Assembly (NCBI GenBank): GCA_030692375.1
Contig: JAUYCD010000109.1
Coordinates: forward strand, 9,221-73,220
Source: Candidatus Latescibacter sp.
Lineage (GTDB): Bacteria; Latescibacterota; Latescibacteria; Latescibacterales; Latescibacteraceae
Reading direction: 5' to 3'
Length of the DNA: 64,000 nt
Part shown: one piece after another, positions 1 through 9,416 of the stretch
Numbering within the stretch: position 1 is the first letter of the stretch
Layout of the letters: each line of letters starts with the position of its first letter
Translations under genes and position numbers: made by a program
Notes under the pieces: model-generated
What the model was told of the DNA's origin: nothing
What the model saw: only the letters and a program-made list of their open reading frames with translations
The model's database searches: none

Positions 1-1318
1 GGGCTGTGGTCAGGGTGGTCGCCAGGTATGAAGCTCCGTGAACGCCGAACAGGAATTCCTCGTTGATGATCCGCCCCTTCAGTTCCGGGAAGGGGCCGGT
101 TCCGTGGTTGACCGGGCTGATATTGGGCAGGACGAAACAGTCGGCGGCCTCTGCCATACGTAAAAGGAGGCGCTCCCAGGGCTGGCTGAGCTTGTCGAAG
201 CCAGCCCCGATCGAGAATATTTTCCCCCTCGATTCAGTCAACTTTTTCATGTGACGGAAATCATTCCCGCCGCCGTAACGGGCGGTGACCACCGGTTCGC
301 CGTCCACTGTGCCCTGTACGAGAAGGTCGCGCCGCCAGCCGTCCGCAGGCAGGCTGAGCTTGTCGCACTTCGACAAGCTCAGTGCTCGGCCGCTGGCTGA
401 GCCTGTCGAAGCCAGCTTGTCGAAGCCGCCGATCCGGGCGATCATGGTCCAGGTTCCCGCCTCCACCTGGATGACCGAATTTCCTGCAGCCTCCGGGAAA
501 GACTGGTAAAAGGTGGAAATGACCGGGATATGGGAAAGACTGGTGTCATGTCCCCCGGGAATGACTGTAACCGGGCAGGAGAGGCCGAATACGGCAGCCT
601 GTCCGGAGGGCATGAAAGCGAGCGGCCGATATACTACCGCTGTCTCACGGGGTATCAGGCGGCTGAATGATGACAGCTTGACAGCCAGGCTGCTCGGTGC
701 GCCGGGGCGCTCGCGGATGTTCCGTGCGCCGGAATGGCACATCCAGTAGCTGTGTTCGTTGCCTGCCTTTTTCACCGCGTACAGGTAGTTCTCGCCGATA
801 AAGTGCCCGGACATCAGGGCGCCGTAGGTTCCGAATCCCGCTGTTTTTTTCAGAAGTTCCGGGCGTTCCATCTCCTCGAAGAGGAGCCGCTTAATAAGGG
901 TGAGGCTCCCCGGAAAGTCGCGAATGGAGCCGGTTTCGAGAAAGAATTCTTCGGCGCTTCCGGCCAGTTCGCAGAACCGGTCTTCAACCGCATCGGGGTA
1001 TCTCTGCGTGTAAGACAGTGTCAAGCCCTCGCCCGGCGCTTCTACCAGCGTATTGTCGTACCCGACCAGCCCGCCGGACGCTCCCCTGGCCGCCGGTGCG
1101 ATGACCGCGCAATTTTTCATCTTTTCGGGCAGGGACCTTATGGTGGCATCGAACCAGGCGAACTCCTCCCCGGTGGCGTTATAGGCTAAATTATCCACCT
1201 GACGGACCGGTGTGGCTGCGCCCTGCGAATAGACGCTCTCGAGGGTCTCGAAATCGAACACCTCGAGTTTGATATTGGAGGCGCCGTCTACCGGCACGAT
1301 GATGGTTTTGAGGGGCAT
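1..1318 (-). CDS. FGGY-family carbohydrate kinase, rhamnulokinase/fuculokinase-like; 3' end runs off the window start
   Basis: Hand translation of the minus strand from the ATG at 1316-1318 gives MPLKTIIVPVDGASNIKLEVFD.. with no stop down to position 1. The VDGAS..K N-terminal and PGGHDTSLS motifs resemble the rhamnulokinase DLGASSGR and HDTASA signatures. It lies downstream of the rhamnosidase on the same strand. It is absent from the ORF track because the window truncates it. Confidence 0.5.
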   Translation of the reverse strand, partial: MPLKTIIVPVDGASNIKLEVFDFETLESVYSQGAATPVRQVDNLAYNATGEEFAWFDATIRSLPEKMKNCAVIAPAARGASGGLVGYDNTLVEAPGEGLTLSYTQRYPDAVEDRFCELAGSAEEFFLETGSIRDFPGSLTLIKRLLFEEMERPELLKKTAGFGTYGALMSGHFIGENYLYAVKKAGNEHSYWMCHSGARNIRERPGAPSSLAVKLSSFSRLIPRETAVVYRPLAFMPSGQAAVFGLSCPVTVIPGGHDTSLSHIPVISTFYQSFPEAAGNSVIQVEAGTWTMIARIGGFDKLASTGSASGRALSLSKCDKLSLPADGWRRDLLVQGTVDGEPVVTARYGGGNDFRHMKKLTESRGKIFSIGAGFDKLSQPWERLLLRMAEAADCFVLPNISPVNHGTGPFPELKGRIINEEFLFGVHGASYLATTLTTA

Positions 1319-1366
1319 GAGCGTGGTTCCTTACATGCATCAGTGGTTCAGACAATCTTTTGATTT

Positions 1367-1579
1367 TTACTTTTTTACTCTACTCACAAACCGGTAAATA
1401 CCAGATCCCACCGTATAAACGGCATACTCCCCTTCGTATTTTACGAACGTGACCCCCGGGGCTTTTTCCGCCGGCTGCCCTCCCTCTGTCACAGCGGCGC
1501 CTTCATCGGCTGGAACATAAACTGAGGCGGTGGTATTGGCGGGGATGGTAATTTCCAGAGTAAATTGAGCCTTTTGCAA
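1367..1579 (-). pseudogene. Displaced C-terminal fragment (about 70 aa) of GH78 alpha-L-rhamnosidase, separated from the gene body by a MITE
   Basis: The 70-aa ORF ..FTLEITIPANTTASVYVPADEG..EYAVYTVGSGIYRFVSRV matches the last beta-sandwich of rhamnosidases. It becomes in-frame with the upstream ORF once the 1563-1772 element is removed. Confidence 0.7.
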
Positions 1580-1772
1580 AAGTCGTGTTGTACTTAAAAA
1601 GAAAACGAGTTTTTTAACAACAGCCCCCTATCCCTCAATCTCTTTTCCCCTGTAGGGGGGCAAGGGAAGTCGTTGCTCAGCAGTCTGTTCCTGCCCCCTC
1701 CGGGAGAAGGATGTCCGAAGGACAGGAGGAGGGCTGTGTCAAACAATCTCGACTTTTGCAAAAGGCTCAATT
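1563..1772. mobile_element. MITE-like insertion of about 210 bp with 23-bp perfect terminal inverted repeats (aattgagccttttgcaaaagtcg / cgacttttgcaaaaggctcaatt) and GC-rich internal hairpins
   Basis: The TIRs were read directly at 1563-1585 and 1750-1772. The interior carries ccccctatccc..cccctgtagggggg hairpins. It sits inside the rhamnosidase reading frame. Confidence 0.75.
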
Positions 1773-4326
1773 GATTGAGTGATTTTGTCCAGGAACTTTG
1801 AATCAGTCCATGTATGGATTGGTATCTGGCCCGGGCATAGGTCAGTCCGCCTCCCGGAACGGGGCGGATGATGATGTGTTTGAAGCCGGGTTTTTCCGGG
1901 TCTAGGTCAATTCCGGCGACAGAGGAGTACAACCATTCACCCACCGATCCGAGAGAGTAGTGGTTGAATGAATTCATCCCCGGGTCCTGGAATCCCTTAT
2001 CCTCCGTCCAGCCGTCCCAGCGCTCCCAGATGGTGGTGGCGCCCTGCTTTATAGAATAACCCCAGGAGGGAAATGTGTCGTTGTTCAGAAGACGGTAAGC
2101 CACATCGGGGTATCCCATCCGAGTCAGCACCGGAGCGAGATGCCGCACACCGATGAATCCGGTGGAAAGATGCCAGCCCTTGCTGCGGATGTCTTCCACC
2201 AGATACTGCGCCGCCTTTACCCGAAGCTCTTCCGGCAGAAGGTCCATGTAGAGCGCCAGGAGATACCCGGTCTGGGTTTCACCTCTGATACGGCCTTCGG
2301 GGGACAGGTATTCCTTCTGGAATGCCGCCCTGATCTTCCGGAACAGGTCTTCATACCGGGCCGCATCGGAATCATTGTCGATGACGCGCGCCATCCTTGA
2401 CATGAGACGGGCGTCATAGGCCCAGTAGGCGGTAGCCAGAAGGTCTTTCGGGGTATTGGCTTTTATGGAAAGCCAGTCGCCGTAATTGTTGTTGAGCAGG
2501 TTCTTGCGGAGGTAATTGGGATTTCCGCCCTGGAGGTAGTCCATCCATCTCGCCATGGAGCGATAATGGTCTCCGATAATCTTTTTATCGCCGTACACCT
2601 GGTAGAATGTCCAGGGAACGATGATACCGGCGTCTCCCCAACCGGGGGCGCCGTCGCCTCCGAGGCCTTTGATGAACGGGCAGGTGTCTGTGAATGCGCC
2701 CTGCGGGGTCTGTTCATCCGCCACATCCTGCATCCACTTGGTGATGAAGGCGGCTGCATCGGCGTTATAAGTGGCGGTGCGGATGAATATCTGGGCGTCG
2801 CCCATCCAGCCCTGTCGTTCGTCACGCTGCGGGCAGTCGGTCGGGATGCTGATGAAATTGCTCATCTGGCCCCAGAGGATGTTGCTCACAAGCTTGTTTA
2901 CCATGGGATTTGAGCAATCGAAGGTTCCGATTTGCGGTGTTGTGGAGGTGATGACGCACCCGGTGAGGGCATCGAGCGCCGGTTTTCCCGGATAACCGGT
3001 AATCTCCACATACCGGAAGCCGTGGAAGGTGAAATGCGGCTCGTACATTTCCTGGCCGCCGCCGCGCAGGGTGTACCGGTCGATGGATCTGGCCCTCCGC
3101 AGGTTGGCGGTGTACAGGGAGCCGTCGGGATTGAGCATCTCGGCGAAACGCATAGTGACCGTTGTTCCCGACGGCCCCATCACCTTTAGCCTGGCCCAGC
3201 CGGCGAAATTCTGCCCCATGTCGAAGACAAATTCACCGGGCTTCGGTTCGGTCATTTTGACCGGCCGGAGTTCTTTGACAACCTGGACCGGCTCGGCATG
3301 CTGGGCTACCAGCGGGGCATCAGTTTTATCCATTACCGAGGCGTTTTCCCATACGGAATCATCAAACGCCGGACCGTCCCAGCCGGGAATTTCTTTCCTG
3401 GCGTCATAGGTTTCGCCAAGGAGCATGTCGGAATCGAGAATGGGGCCGAGAGAGCATTTCCAGGACGCATCGGTTGCCACCGTTTGTTCGGAGCCATCGG
3501 ATAACTCCAGGCGCAGTTCAGCCAGAAGGCCGTTCTGAACGCCGTAGTAATTTCTTATCATGATCCCCCCGATATACCCGCTGTACCAGCCGTCGCCCAC
3601 TATGGCGCCGATAGCGTTTTTCCCGGGACGGAGCATTCCGGTGATATCGTAGGCGCGGTACTGGATGCGTTTGGAGTAGTCAGTGTATTCTGGGGCGAGC
3701 ATGTCTTTTCCCACCCGTTTCCCATTGATATGAGCTTCAAACATTCCCCGGGCGGAGATATACAGCATGGCACGGCGCACAGATTTCTTCCCTGTATCGA
3801 ACGTTTTCCGGAAATACGGCGCCGGAGGGCCAGGTTTGGCGGTTTCCCCTTTTTTGGGGGGATCGGTCGGCTTCTGTATCTTAGATATCCATTGTGCATG
3901 CCAGTCCGAAGGTAAAAGAAGCCCCATACTCCAGAAAGCCGGCATGCTGTAAGGGGAAGGAATCCCGTTTTTGTCCCAGGCGCGGATTTTCCAGAAACAG
4001 GCCATACCGCTTTTGAGCGGCTTGCCCGCATAAGGAACAAGAGTTGATTGGTCAGAGGAAACCTTTCCGCTGTCCCAGAGATCGCCGGAGTTCTTGTCCA
4101 GATTTTTCCGGTCCGAAGCAACCAGAATCTGGTAAGCGGTCTGAATCTCTCCGCGCTCCGACGATCCAAGAATCCAGCTCAACCGCGGGTTGGAGGCGTC
4201 GATTCCAAGGGGATTTGTCAGGTATTCGCACCGGAGGTCGGCGGATTTGATTGCGCCATATCCCTGGCAGGCAGCGGTATAAAAGAATGTGAGGAGAAGT
4301 GCAGGGAAAACAACATGTCTTGTCAT
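1594..4326 (-). CDS. Alpha-L-rhamnosidase (GH78), interrupted near the 3' end; the ORF reads out of the gene into the MITE and terminates there
   Basis: The 933-aa ORF carries GH78 signatures (DCPQRDERQGWMGDAQIF, GWGDAGIIVPWTFYQVYGD, GDGWYSG). There is a signal peptide MTRHVVFPALLLTFFYTAAC after GAGG. The last 55 or so residues are element-derived garbage. Confidence 0.85.
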   Translation of the reverse strand: MTRHVVFPALLLTFFYTAACQGYGAIKSADLRCEYLTNPLGIDASNPRLSWILGSSERGEIQTAYQILVASDRKNLDKNSGDLWDSGKVSSDQSTLVPYAGKPLKSGMACFWKIRAWDKNGIPSPYSMPAFWSMGLLLPSDWHAQWISKIQKPTDPPKKGETAKPGPPAPYFRKTFDTGKKSVRRAMLYISARGMFEAHINGKRVGKDMLAPEYTDYSKRIQYRAYDITGMLRPGKNAIGAIVGDGWYSGYIGGIMIRNYYGVQNGLLAELRLELSDGSEQTVATDASWKCSLGPILDSDMLLGETYDARKEIPGWDGPAFDDSVWENASVMDKTDAPLVAQHAEPVQVVKELRPVKMTEPKPGEFVFDMGQNFAGWARLKVMGPSGTTVTMRFAEMLNPDGSLYTANLRRARSIDRYTLRGGGQEMYEPHFTFHGFRYVEITGYPGKPALDALTGCVITSTTPQIGTFDCSNPMVNKLVSNILWGQMSNFISIPTDCPQRDERQGWMGDAQIFIRTATYNADAAAFITKWMQDVADEQTPQGAFTDTCPFIKGLGGDGAPGWGDAGIIVPWTFYQVYGDKKIIGDHYRSMARWMDYLQGGNPNYLRKNLLNNNYGDWLSIKANTPKDLLATAYWAYDARLMSRMARVIDNDSDAARYEDLFRKIRAAFQKEYLSPEGRIRGETQTGYLLALYMDLLPEELRVKAAQYLVEDIRSKGWHLSTGFIGVRHLAPVLTRMGYPDVAYRLLNNDTFPSWGYSIKQGATTIWERWDGWTEDKGFQDPGMNSFNHYSLGSVGEWLYSSVAGIDLDPEKPGFKHIIIRPVPGGGLTYARARYQSIHGLIQSSWTKSLNQLSLLQKSRLFDTALLLSFGHPSPGGGRNRLLSNDFPCPPTGEKRLRDRGLLLKNSFSF

Positions 4327-4552
4327 GGTATTCATCCTCAAAAAGTGTATGTAATAGATGCCAAAACAGGATAGTATGACGTCAGTAAATATCATTGTTT
4401 AACGCCGAATCAATAGATGCCGAAACGGTTTTATCGTTCCCGCGAAGCGGCAACAAGTTCGGCATGACATGTTCATTTTGGGCAAAATCATAGGGCAGGC
4501 ACGGGGACCTGCCCCTACAATGTGCTCCAATTCTGTCTTCTGTCTTCTATCT

Positions 4553-4722
4553 TAATTCTTTTTCCCCATCCAGAACGGCGCGGTGACAAACCACATCACC
4601 ATTCCGGCAAACATCAGATTGGCGTGGGTATTCCAGCTCACAGCACCATAAAATACAAAAAACGCCGGGATGACAGTCAAAGCCAGCCCCAGGAAAGAAA
4701 GTACGATCAGAACTTTTTTCAT
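4553..4722 (-). CDS. Small (56 aa) two-TM membrane protein immediately downstream of the permease
   Basis: ATG preceded by GGAGG; translation MKKVLIVLSFLGLALTVIPAFFVFYGAVSWNTHANLMFAGMVMWFVTAPFWMGKKN. It abuts the permease stop. It is below the ORF-track size cutoff. Confidence 0.35.
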
Positions 4723-4723
4723 A

Positions 4724-6115
4724 TTATGCCTCCGATGCCGGAATGACGGTGCTTTTCTTTTGGACAGCCAAACTCAGAAGGGTGTAGAGTATCACTGCGA
4801 TGAACCATCCCGGCAGTCCCTTGAAGAAGATCTCGACGGGAAGAAAAAAGACAACCAGGAGTGAAATGCCCCAGGCAGCCGCCGCCGGCCAACTGAACAG
4901 GAGGCCGGTCAACTCTGCATAGTTCCGCTTCAACCCAAGTTTCGGAAGAATCCAGTAATCCGCGAAAACTACCGCGCCCATGGGCATGAGCAGGAGGCCG
5001 TAGAGAGCCACGAAATCGAGCAGCCGCATGACCAGCGCCGGGAACAGGGCGGCAGTTGTAGTAACCATCCCGGCGGCAAGAGTGACTTTCCAGCGTTTCC
5101 AGTTGGGTGTTGCCACCTGCAGGGCGAGACCGGCGCGGTAGAGTGTCGGATTCGCAGTTGTCCAACTGGCCAGCACCACACAAACCACCCCGGCTGCACC
5201 CGCACCCATCCAGGCGATGGGACCGGGCGCCACCGAGCCAAGCGCCGCGGCGCAGAGGATCCCCGAAGCGATCCAGGCGGTATAGTGGCCGAGGAACATG
5301 CCGAAAGCGCTCGCGAAACCATACTGCCATTTTTTTGCATACCGCAGGACGGAGAGATCGGACATCCCGATATGCATTGCCATGTTGCAGAACCAGGCGA
5401 AGAACATCACATGCCAGAAGGTGAATTTCGACTGCCCGGCAAGAGGCACCCCGGTCCAGATTTTCTCGTTCGCCACCCGCCAGAAATCACCGAACGATGT
5501 GCAGCCCAGGGTCGGGAGCACTGCTAAAGCGGCTGCCACGAACACTAGGAACATCCAGGGCGAGCATACCGACCCGAAATGGGCCAGCTTTTCAAATCCG
5601 AGTATGGCAAGAAGGGTAAAAAGCGCTCCGAGAATGAAGATAATCACTACCCAGCTCACGCTGGCCGGGTAAAGGTCGGTAAGCTGCGGCATAGGCATGT
5701 GGAAAGGCAGTCCTATCGCGGTCGCCGCTACCGAGATCATCGCTCCTGCAAGAAAACAGAACATGAGCGCGTTCACAATGCTGTAGACGAACGTCAGGTA
5801 CGGCCCGGTTATTTTCCGTAAGAGCCAGTAGAGGGTGAGCCGCGTCCTGACCGCGATGGGCGCGCAGAGAAACGCCCAACTCAAAACGGCGAGGATGTTC
5901 CCCACCAGGAGTCCCAGGAAAAGGTCGATCGCAGCGACCCCGTGGGCGACAAACAGCGGGCCGATGATAAATTCCGTTCCGGCGACATGTTCCCCCGCAT
6001 ACATCCCGATGAAGCTTCCGGCCCCCTGGAGCTTGGCCTCGGTGACCGGCTCACGGTCGAATTCGTAGAGGGCGTCGAGACGTTCGGTGACTGTGGTTTT
6101 TTCAGGTGCGGACAT
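4724..6115 (-). CDS. NCS1/purine-cytosine-permease-family transporter, 12 TM; possibly the sugar importer of the rhamnose locus
   Basis: Polytopic membrane protein. The N-terminal region ..QGAGSFIGMYAGEHVAGTEFIIGPLF.. resembles CodB/NCS1 TM1. The start was trimmed to MSAPEK (6115) because the upstream extension runs through a repeat element. Confidence 0.5.
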   Translation of the reverse strand: MSAPEKTTVTERLDALYEFDREPVTEAKLQGAGSFIGMYAGEHVAGTEFIIGPLFVAHGVAAIDLFLGLLVGNILAVLSWAFLCAPIAVRTRLTLYWLLRKITGPYLTFVYSIVNALMFCFLAGAMISVAATAIGLPFHMPMPQLTDLYPASVSWVVIIFILGALFTLLAILGFEKLAHFGSVCSPWMFLVFVAAALAVLPTLGCTSFGDFWRVANEKIWTGVPLAGQSKFTFWHVMFFAWFCNMAMHIGMSDLSVLRYAKKWQYGFASAFGMFLGHYTAWIASGILCAAALGSVAPGPIAWMGAGAAGVVCVVLASWTTANPTLYRAGLALQVATPNWKRWKVTLAAGMVTTTAALFPALVMRLLDFVALYGLLLMPMGAVVFADYWILPKLGLKRNYAELTGLLFSWPAAAAWGISLLVVFFLPVEIFFKGLPGWFIAVILYTLLSLAVQKKSTVIPASEA

Positions 6116-6198
6116 ATACTCCCCTTGGAAAAAAGATCCCCCTGTCGCCAAAAGCAGCGACATCCCCCTTGTCGAAGGGGGATAAAAGAAAAAAAATA

Positions 6199-6254
6199 GA
6201 TGCCGAAACGGTATCATCGTTCCCGCGAAGAGGCAACAAGTTCGGCATGACATG
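6199..6254. repeat. Palindromic element of the gccgaaac/gttcggc family; a second copy lies at 4417-4470
   Basis: atagatgccgaaacgg..cgttcccgcgaag..ggcaacaagttcggcatgacatgtt is nearly identical at both sites. Confidence 0.7.
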
Positions 6255-6262
6255 TTCTGCCA

Positions 6263-6587
6263 TTACTCAATTAATGATGGTACGGCAAAAAGTCACAGTG
6301 AATGTTATTTTCAGAATGACAAGACAGTATTATATGTTTTATTGTGCATACTATACTATTGAAAACTCACCCCCTGACCCCCTCTCTTGAAAATAGAGGG
6401 GGAGAACCATCTGCTTCTTAAAATACGTATTATCAACAAAATAACTAACTCAAAGTCGTACCCCCTCTCTTATTAAGAGAGGGGATCAAGGGGTGAGTTA
6501 TCTCCAAAAAATGAGATTGTATAGTGTTCTAATGTCTTGATGAATATTTTCTGAATTCTTTTTTGCCGTATCATCAATTAATGATAG
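6263..6587. repeat. MITE-like element: imperfect 28-bp terminal inverted repeats (ttactcaattaatgatggtacggcaaaaagt / cttttttgccgtatcatcaattaatgatag) enclosing GC-rich hairpin repeats
   Basis: TIRs read at 6263-6292 and 6559-6587. Inside are ccccctctcttgaaaatagaggggg and ccctctcttattaagagagggg hairpins flanked by cacccc/ggggtgag. Confidence 0.5.
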
Positions 6588-6901
6588 CTTAAAATCCAAA
6601 GGGAAAGAAAATATGATTCGGGGGAAAAGACAAGTTTTTATTTTCGCGGATTTCATTCTCGACGCCCCCCGGTCGCCGGAATGTGCGGAATGGGGCACTG
6701 GGTAAACCGTATGTTTTTGCTTGACATGGGGAGGAATTACTGTATATTCCACCGAACACATGCTGATGCTTATCGAACGGGAGGCGCACCCTTGTACCGT
6801 CAGGAGTTCGCAGTCCGGTAGATGGGTTTTAAGGCAACCCGAGGAGGTTGTTAGATAGGGCTAAACGTAACTCCGAGACATTGGACTGTAAAGGAGGGAG
6901 T

Positions 6902-7711
6902 ATGCTACCGAATATAGATCGCTATAAGAAGGACATTGACTCTCTACTTGCCATGGGCGAGCAACTACATCTCGCCATGCAGCGAGAGTGTTTTCCTGAG
7001 GGGCTCGAGAGCGCCGTTAAAAAGAATTTCGGCGACAAGGCGAAGGACATCCTCAAAGGCCTTCCCTCGTTTACAGAGACTTATCAGTCGTGGTACTCGG
7101 AGGCGAAGGTGCTGGTCAGGCAAATGCTGCCCGACCGTCTTTCAGACTTCGTTCGCCACTACGAGAAACCTAAGCCGCGCAAGGACATCACGTACGAGAA
7201 TTACAGAATCGAGGACTACCTTCAAGGACTAAACGTTACTCGCGGATGGGAGAAAGTGAAGGTCGTTGGACCCGACGCCGCTATTCCGCACTTCCGCCAG
7301 CAGCTAGCCATCCTGAAGTCAGTGAAAGTACGCTTTGAGAGCTCTCTATTCGACATCCGTCAGCTGGTTCAAGCCGATCTTTTCGACTCAGAACTGGATG
7401 CAGCGAGAGAACTTGCAAAGCACAAGTTTACGCGAGCCGCGGGTGCCTTGGCCGGAGTGGTTCTAGAGCGGCACCTGGCACAGGTGTGCGACAACCACGG
7501 CATAAAGGTTACGAAAAAGGCGCCTGGCATCGCTGATCTGAATAACGCTCTCAAGGATTCGGATGTTATCGATGTCCCTCAGTGGCGCTTTTTACAGCAT
7601 TTGGCAGACATCCGTAACTTATGCGACCACAATAAGAAGTCAGAGCCTACTGCGGAGCAAGTTGATGACCTAGTGGCTGGTATAATGAAGGTCACAAAGA
7701 CACTTTTCTAA
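6902..7711 (+). CDS. Hypothetical protein with a C-terminal HEPN-like RNxxxH motif (DIRNLCDHN); candidate Abi/HEPN ribonuclease
   Basis: ORF with GGAGGGAG RBS before MLPNIDRYKK. Local GC is lower than the flanks. It has an Rx4H motif and a helical C-terminus. No homologue was recognised beyond that motif. Confidence 0.5.
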   Translation: MLPNIDRYKKDIDSLLAMGEQLHLAMQRECFPEGLESAVKKNFGDKAKDILKGLPSFTETYQSWYSEAKVLVRQMLPDRLSDFVRHYEKPKPRKDITYENYRIEDYLQGLNVTRGWEKVKVVGPDAAIPHFRQQLAILKSVKVRFESSLFDIRQLVQADLFDSELDAARELAKHKFTRAAGALAGVVLERHLAQVCDNHGIKVTKKAPGIADLNNALKDSDVIDVPQWRFLQHLADIRNLCDHNKKSEPTAEQVDDLVAGIMKVTKTLF

Positions 7712-7823
7712 CCATATCATGCGCCACAACTGGACGACGATATCTTACAACCGGCTGTATGCAAAGCGGCTGACCGTACACCTCAGCCGTAGTGTTAGCC
7801 CTTGAATGCCAATCTGGTGAAGA

Positions 7824-7970
7824 ATTGTCAAAACGTCTTACCGATACCCATCCGAAAGCAGGGGAATTTCAGATTTCTCTGATTCGCCGCGCCAGTGTAG
7901 CTGAAAGGTTTTCGCTGACACGCTCGCTGTCCCGGACGGCCGCGGCGCTGCCGGGTGGCTGCAGCCGGTG
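7824..7970 (+). pseudogene. Truncated diverged duplicate of the 5' part of the 8590-8847 gene
   Basis: Positions 7826-7950 are about 85% identical to 8590-8715 (..cttaccgatac.catccgaa.gcag.ggaattccagatttctctg.ttcgccgcgccag.gtagctgaaagg.tttcgctgacacgctcgctgtcccggacgg). It reads LSKRLTDTHPKAGEFQISLIRRASVAERFSLTRSLSRTAAALPGGCSR and then stops. Confidence 0.45.
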
Positions 7971-8043
7971 AGCGCCATCCGTTAGGCATTTATGAAATTA
8001 CTTCTTGACATGAGCTGATTGTCATACAAAACGAGAAAATAAA

Positions 8044-8316
8044 ATGGGTAAATATGAAAAGCTATTGATAAAAATCTTACGAGGGACATATGATGCCAAT
8101 ATTTCTTTTTCAAACATATGCCAGTTATTGAGAAAGTTTGGATTTGATGAACGAACTCAAGGTGACCATCATATTTTCACCAAGGATGGCGCTGAAGAAA
8201 TACTGAACTTGCAATCCAAAGAATCAAAAGCTAAGTTATATCAGGTAAAGCAAGTTCGTAATTTCATACTTAAATATAAATTGAAATTGGAGGAAAAAGA
8301 TGATGAGCAGATATGA
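8044..8316 (+). CDS. hicA: HicA-like mRNA interferase toxin (YcfA family)
   Basis: ..LLRKFGFDERTQGDHHIFTKDG.. matches the HicA G.HH core. It is immediately followed by an overlapping HicB gene. The locus is low GC. Confidence 0.5.
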   Translation: MGKYEKLLIKILRGTYDANISFSNICQLLRKFGFDERTQGDHHIFTKDGAEEILNLQSKESKAKLYQVKQVRNFILKYKLKLEEKDDEQI

Positions 8317-8512
8317 AATAATCGTTTATTGGAGCGAGGAAGACAAGGCATTTATTGCTGAAGTCCCTGAATTGCCTGGATGTATGGCAGATGGAGAGAC
8401 ATATCAAAAAGCCATTTCAAACGCTGAAGTTATTATCCAGGAGTGGATTGAAACTGCCAAGGAATTAGGTCGTGCAATTCCTCAACCCAAAGGACGATTG
8501 ATGTATGCCTAA
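8300..8512 (+). CDS. hicB: HicB-family antitoxin (UPF0150)
   Basis: YEIIVYWSEEDKAFIAEVPELPGCMADGETYQKAISNAEVIIQEWIETAKELGRAIPQP is a canonical HicB N-domain. It overlaps hicA by 17 nt. Confidence 0.75.
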   Translation: MMSRYEIIVYWSEEDKAFIAEVPELPGCMADGETYQKAISNAEVIIQEWIETAKELGRAIPQPKGRLMYA

Positions 8513-8589
8513 CAAGTCATTGCAGCGGACGGCGAAAACGCCACCGCTGATTTAGGTCATTGAGACTTTTAACTACTACATGTTGAATA

Positions 8590-8847
8590 ATGTCAAAACT
8601 GCTTACCGATACTCATCCGAAGGCAGAGGAATTCCAGATTTCTCTGCTTCGCCGCGCCAGCGTAGCTGAAAGGCTTTCGCTGACACGCTCGCTGTCCCGG
8701 ACGGTTATTCAGCTTTCCCGGCGGGCAATAGCACGGGCCAATCCGGGGTTAAGCAAACAGGAGCGGGATATCGCTTTTGTGGTGTATCACTATGGAAACG
8801 ATCTGGCTGAGCGTCTGCGTAAGTATTTAAACCGGAAGGTATTATGA
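8590..8847 (+). CDS. Hypothetical small protein (85 aa); parent copy of the 7824-7970 fragment
   Basis: ORF only; the duplicated 5' region is described above. Confidence 0.4.
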   Translation: MSKLLTDTHPKAEEFQISLLRRASVAERLSLTRSLSRTVIQLSRRAIARANPGLSKQERDIAFVVYHYGNDLAERLRKYLNRKVL

Positions 8848-8993
8848 GAGAGCCTGATTTGTTGGCTACTATTGGGCCGGTAGCTGAAGCTTTTGAAAAG
8901 TTAAAAGCGCTTTACTAAATCGGTGATATTTGCGGAGAATGAAGGCGAACCCCTTTTATACATTTGCAAGGACAGAGTCAAAAACCAAGACCT

Positions 8994-9416
8994 TTATAAT
9001 TGTTTTGGTTTATCAATCTCAGGGGGCAAAATTTCACGAACCGCGTTACGAATCCGTTCCGCAAGAGCCACTGCTTTCCTGGCGTCTTCCAATGAAATCT
9101 CCTCGGAAGCCGGATATCGGGTATCGACAGCATAGGCGGTCATTGTGCGCATCTCGGAGGTTGTCATGGGAAACCGGTCACTATCGGGAATGAGACTCAG
9201 TATTTGCTCTATGTCATGAGTTTTGGGAACGGGGATTTGGTTTAAGACCAAAACGGATTTCAGATATTTCTCTATACATTGTTGCGCATGAAAGCAGACA
9301 ATATCGGTTGTAGCAACAACGCCCAATGAGAGCATGTGAACTGCCGCTTGCATATCTTGTTCAGCCTTTTTGACCCATTCCCTGACAACTCGAAGCACCT
9401 GTTCACGGCTTGGCAT
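8994..9416 (-). CDS. HEPN-domain protein (toxin-like partner of the MNT)
   Basis: 140-aa helical protein placed downstream of, and overlapping by 14 nt, a minimal nucleotidyltransferase gene. This is the typical HEPN/MNT module arrangement. Confidence 0.65.
   Translation of the reverse strand: MPSREQVLRVVREWVKKAEQDMQAAVHMLSLGVVATTDIVCFHAQQCIEKYLKSVLVLNQIPVPKTHDIEQILSLIPDSDRFPMTTSEMRTMTAYAVDTRYPASEEISLEDARKAVALAERIRNAVREILPPEIDKPKQL

Noticed and set aside
63-1189. Four plus-strand ORFs (63-254, 285-509, 513-749, 734-1189) at the window start
   Set aside because: They are antisense to a continuous minus-strand reading frame of more than 430 codons with FGGY-kinase motifs. The plus-strand translations are Arg/Pro/Ser-rich and have no start signals.
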